NCBI GenBank assembly: GCA_977020255.1
Contig: CDROCS010002027.1
Span: forward strand, 248,001-312,000
Origin: Obrimoposthia wandeli
Taxonomy: Eukaryota
Length of the DNA: 64,000 nt
Direction of reading: 5' to 3'
Of this stretch, positions 62,262 through 64,000 are shown in pieces. The translations under genes and the position numbers were made by a program. The notes beneath the pieces were generated by a model that saw only the letters and a list, made by a program, of their open reading frames with translations, searched no databases and was not told where the DNA came from. The number at the start of each line of letters is the position of its first letter. The first letter of the stretch is position 1.

Positions 62262-63044
62262 ATGCAAGTAGTGATTGTCGAGTCAGCGCAGCAAGTCGCC
62301 CTATATGGAGCAAACTATTGTGTCAATGCCATTACAGAAAAGCCAAACGCAATATTAGGCTTAGCAACTGGCAGCACGCCCGTCGCTCTATACAAAGAGC
62401 TGATTGATTTACATTTAAAGAAGCAGCTATCTTTTCAAGAGGTAAGTTCATTTAACCTAGATGAATATATCGGCTTACAAACAACACACCCTCAAAGCTA
62501 TCGTTTTTTCATGAACGAGCATCTTTTCAATCACATAGATATTATTGAAAGCAACACTCATGTGCCCAATGGCATGATAGCAGCGATTCAGGCTAGTGAT
62601 GAGTATGAAAATAAAATCAAACAGTTAGGCGGTATTGATTTACAGATATTAGGCGTCGGTAGAAATGGCCACATTGGTTTCAACGAACCTAGCTCCAGCT
62701 TAGCATCACGAACGAGAGTTAAAACATTAACAGCGGGAACGATTGCTGATAATAGCCGATTTTTTAATCCTAATGAATTTCAACCAACACTCGCTATCAC
62801 CATGGGTATCGGCACAATTCTAGAATCGAAACAAATATTATTACTCGCCACTGGGGAAGCCAAAGCACAAGCCGTTAGGGACTTTATAGAAGGGCCTTTA
62901 TCTGCCAGTTGCCCTGCTTCTGCATTACAAATGCACAATAATACAAAAGTAATTATTGACGTAGATGCCGCTAAACTATTAAAGCACAAAGAGTATTATC
63001 AGCAGGTAAAAGCTGAGACTGAACAGTTAGAGAGAATTAGTTAA
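62262..63044 (+). CDS. nagB: Glucosamine-6-phosphate deaminase
   Basis: LGLATGSTP, FNLDEY, LGVGRNGHIGFNEP, TMGIGTI, PASALQ-x-H; ATG with GAGGA SD. Confidence 0.96.
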   Translation: MQVVIVESAQQVALYGANYCVNAITEKPNAILGLATGSTPVALYKELIDLHLKKQLSFQEVSSFNLDEYIGLQTTHPQSYRFFMNEHLFNHIDIIESNTHVPNGMIAAIQASDEYENKIKQLGGIDLQILGVGRNGHIGFNEPSSSLASRTRVKTLTAGTIADNSRFFNPNEFQPTLAITMGIGTILESKQILLLATGEAKAQAVRDFIEGPLSASCPASALQMHNNTKVIIDVDAAKLLKHKEYYQQVKAETEQLERIS

Positions 63045-63106
63045 GAGTGGAAAGAAGGTGATCTAACATCAAGAGCGACAATAAACGCTCTCAAATAATT
63101 GTTATA

Positions 63107-63628
63107 TTACTGCTTTACTTTCACATTATTGTTTATATCGCGACTTGAGCGAATTAAATCGTCACCATAGCGCTCACATGTTCCTTTTGCGAGCCTATCA
63201 TATAGCAGTACATTAACACTCGCTGCAAGGTTCATACAGCCGGTCGTCGGCACATAGACAACCGCATCAGCAGCGTCAACTAAAGCTTGAGTAACGCTGC
63301 TATCTTCAGCACCAAAAACATAAATAGCCTGCTCTGGGTGCTCAAATTCAGGAAGAGGTGTAGCGCCTTCAATTAAATCAACACAAATCAATTTACGTTG
63401 CGCCGTTTTATAAGACAATAATGATTCAACGTTTTTTAGTGGAATACGACTGGTTATCTTTTTTGTATCTGTATTAAAACGTGCTGCTTTATCATATCTT
63501 AAACCTGAATACACTACAGCATCAACGTTATAGCAGCCTGCGGCACGCATTACAGAACCTACATTACTAGGACTCTTTGGATCTATTAGACCAATAATAA
63601 CGCTCTTATCTTGTAATTCAGCTTGCAT
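63107..63628 (-). CDS. SpoU/TrmH family RNA methyltransferase
   Basis: PK-x-P-x-NVG-x-x-MRAA, YVFG-x-EDS, CMNLAA-x-VNV-x-LYDR. Confidence 0.9.
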   Translation of the reverse strand: MQAELQDKSVIIGLIDPKSPSNVGSVMRAAGCYNVDAVVYSGLRYDKAARFNTDTKKITSRIPLKNVESLLSYKTAQRKLICVDLIEGATPLPEFEHPEQAIYVFGAEDSSVTQALVDAADAVVYVPTTGCMNLAASVNVLLYDRLAKGTCERYGDDLIRSSRDINNNVKVKQ

Positions 63629-64000
63629 CTTTTAACCAATCTCTTAATAGTTTAGATAATTGTATAGGTTGCTCTAAAGGTAAAAAATGCCCACATTGAG
63701 GCACTTCTTTTAATCTTATACAGGCCGATTCTGCCTGCATATCTTGCATTCGCTGCGAATCAATCAAATGATCGCTCTGCCCATAACAAAACCAGATATT
63801 CTTGTTACTTTTTTGCAATTCCCTACACAAATCCTTCCGCTTGGATAACGCAACTAAATGGTGAGATAGCTCTTGAGCCCCGAAACAATGATCCATTTGC
63901 TGAATTAATTCTATTAGCGCAATGTTATTATGTTGTTTTTCATCAATGAAGGTCATCACTCTACTGCGATTTATTCCATGATAACCATGGCTCTTCACAG
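63618..64000 (-). CDS. Alpha/beta hydrolase, C-terminal part (runs off window)
   Basis: YGQSD acid motif and CGHFLPLEQP catalytic His motif. Confidence 0.8.
   Translation of the reverse strand, partial: VKSHGYHGINRSRVMTFIDEKQHNNIALIELIQQMDHCFGAQELSHHLVALSKRKDLCRELQKSNKNIWFCYGQSDHLIDSQRMQDMQAESACIRLKEVPQCGHFLPLEQPIQLSKLLRDWLKDAS

Overview
AT-rich gammaproteobacterial chromosome segment; the gene order (rpsF-rpsR-DUF2232-rplI with no priB; carA-carB-greA) suggests a Pseudomonadales/Oceanospirillales-like lineage, but that is inference. Most of the window is conserved housekeeping: dnaB, the S6/S18/L9 operon, mutS, the rimP-nusA-infB-rbfA-truB-rpsO-pnp cluster with tRNA-fMet and tRNA-Leu, secG-tpiA-glmM-folP-ftsH-rlmE, carAB-greA, prfB-lysS, dtd and moaA. 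Accessory blocks include a GAF-GGDEF gene, an FMN-riboswitch-controlled type II lumazine synthase, a cadA/cadR pair, and frmA. A decay zone at 15.3-18.2 kb holds a multiply frameshifted cheR and an IS5 relic interrupted by the 5' ~180 nt of a group IIB intron, which the ORF track does not show. A DeoR-TRAP-FAD/2Fe-2S oxidoreductase-FGGY kinase operon has sequence features hinting at a non-glycerol, possibly amino-polyol, substrate. Also present are a secreted RNase T2 fused to a small C-terminal module and a prfB that has lost its programmed +1 frameshift. No CRISPR array, rRNA, prophage or intact transposon was seen. All assignments come from reading motifs; no database searches were run.
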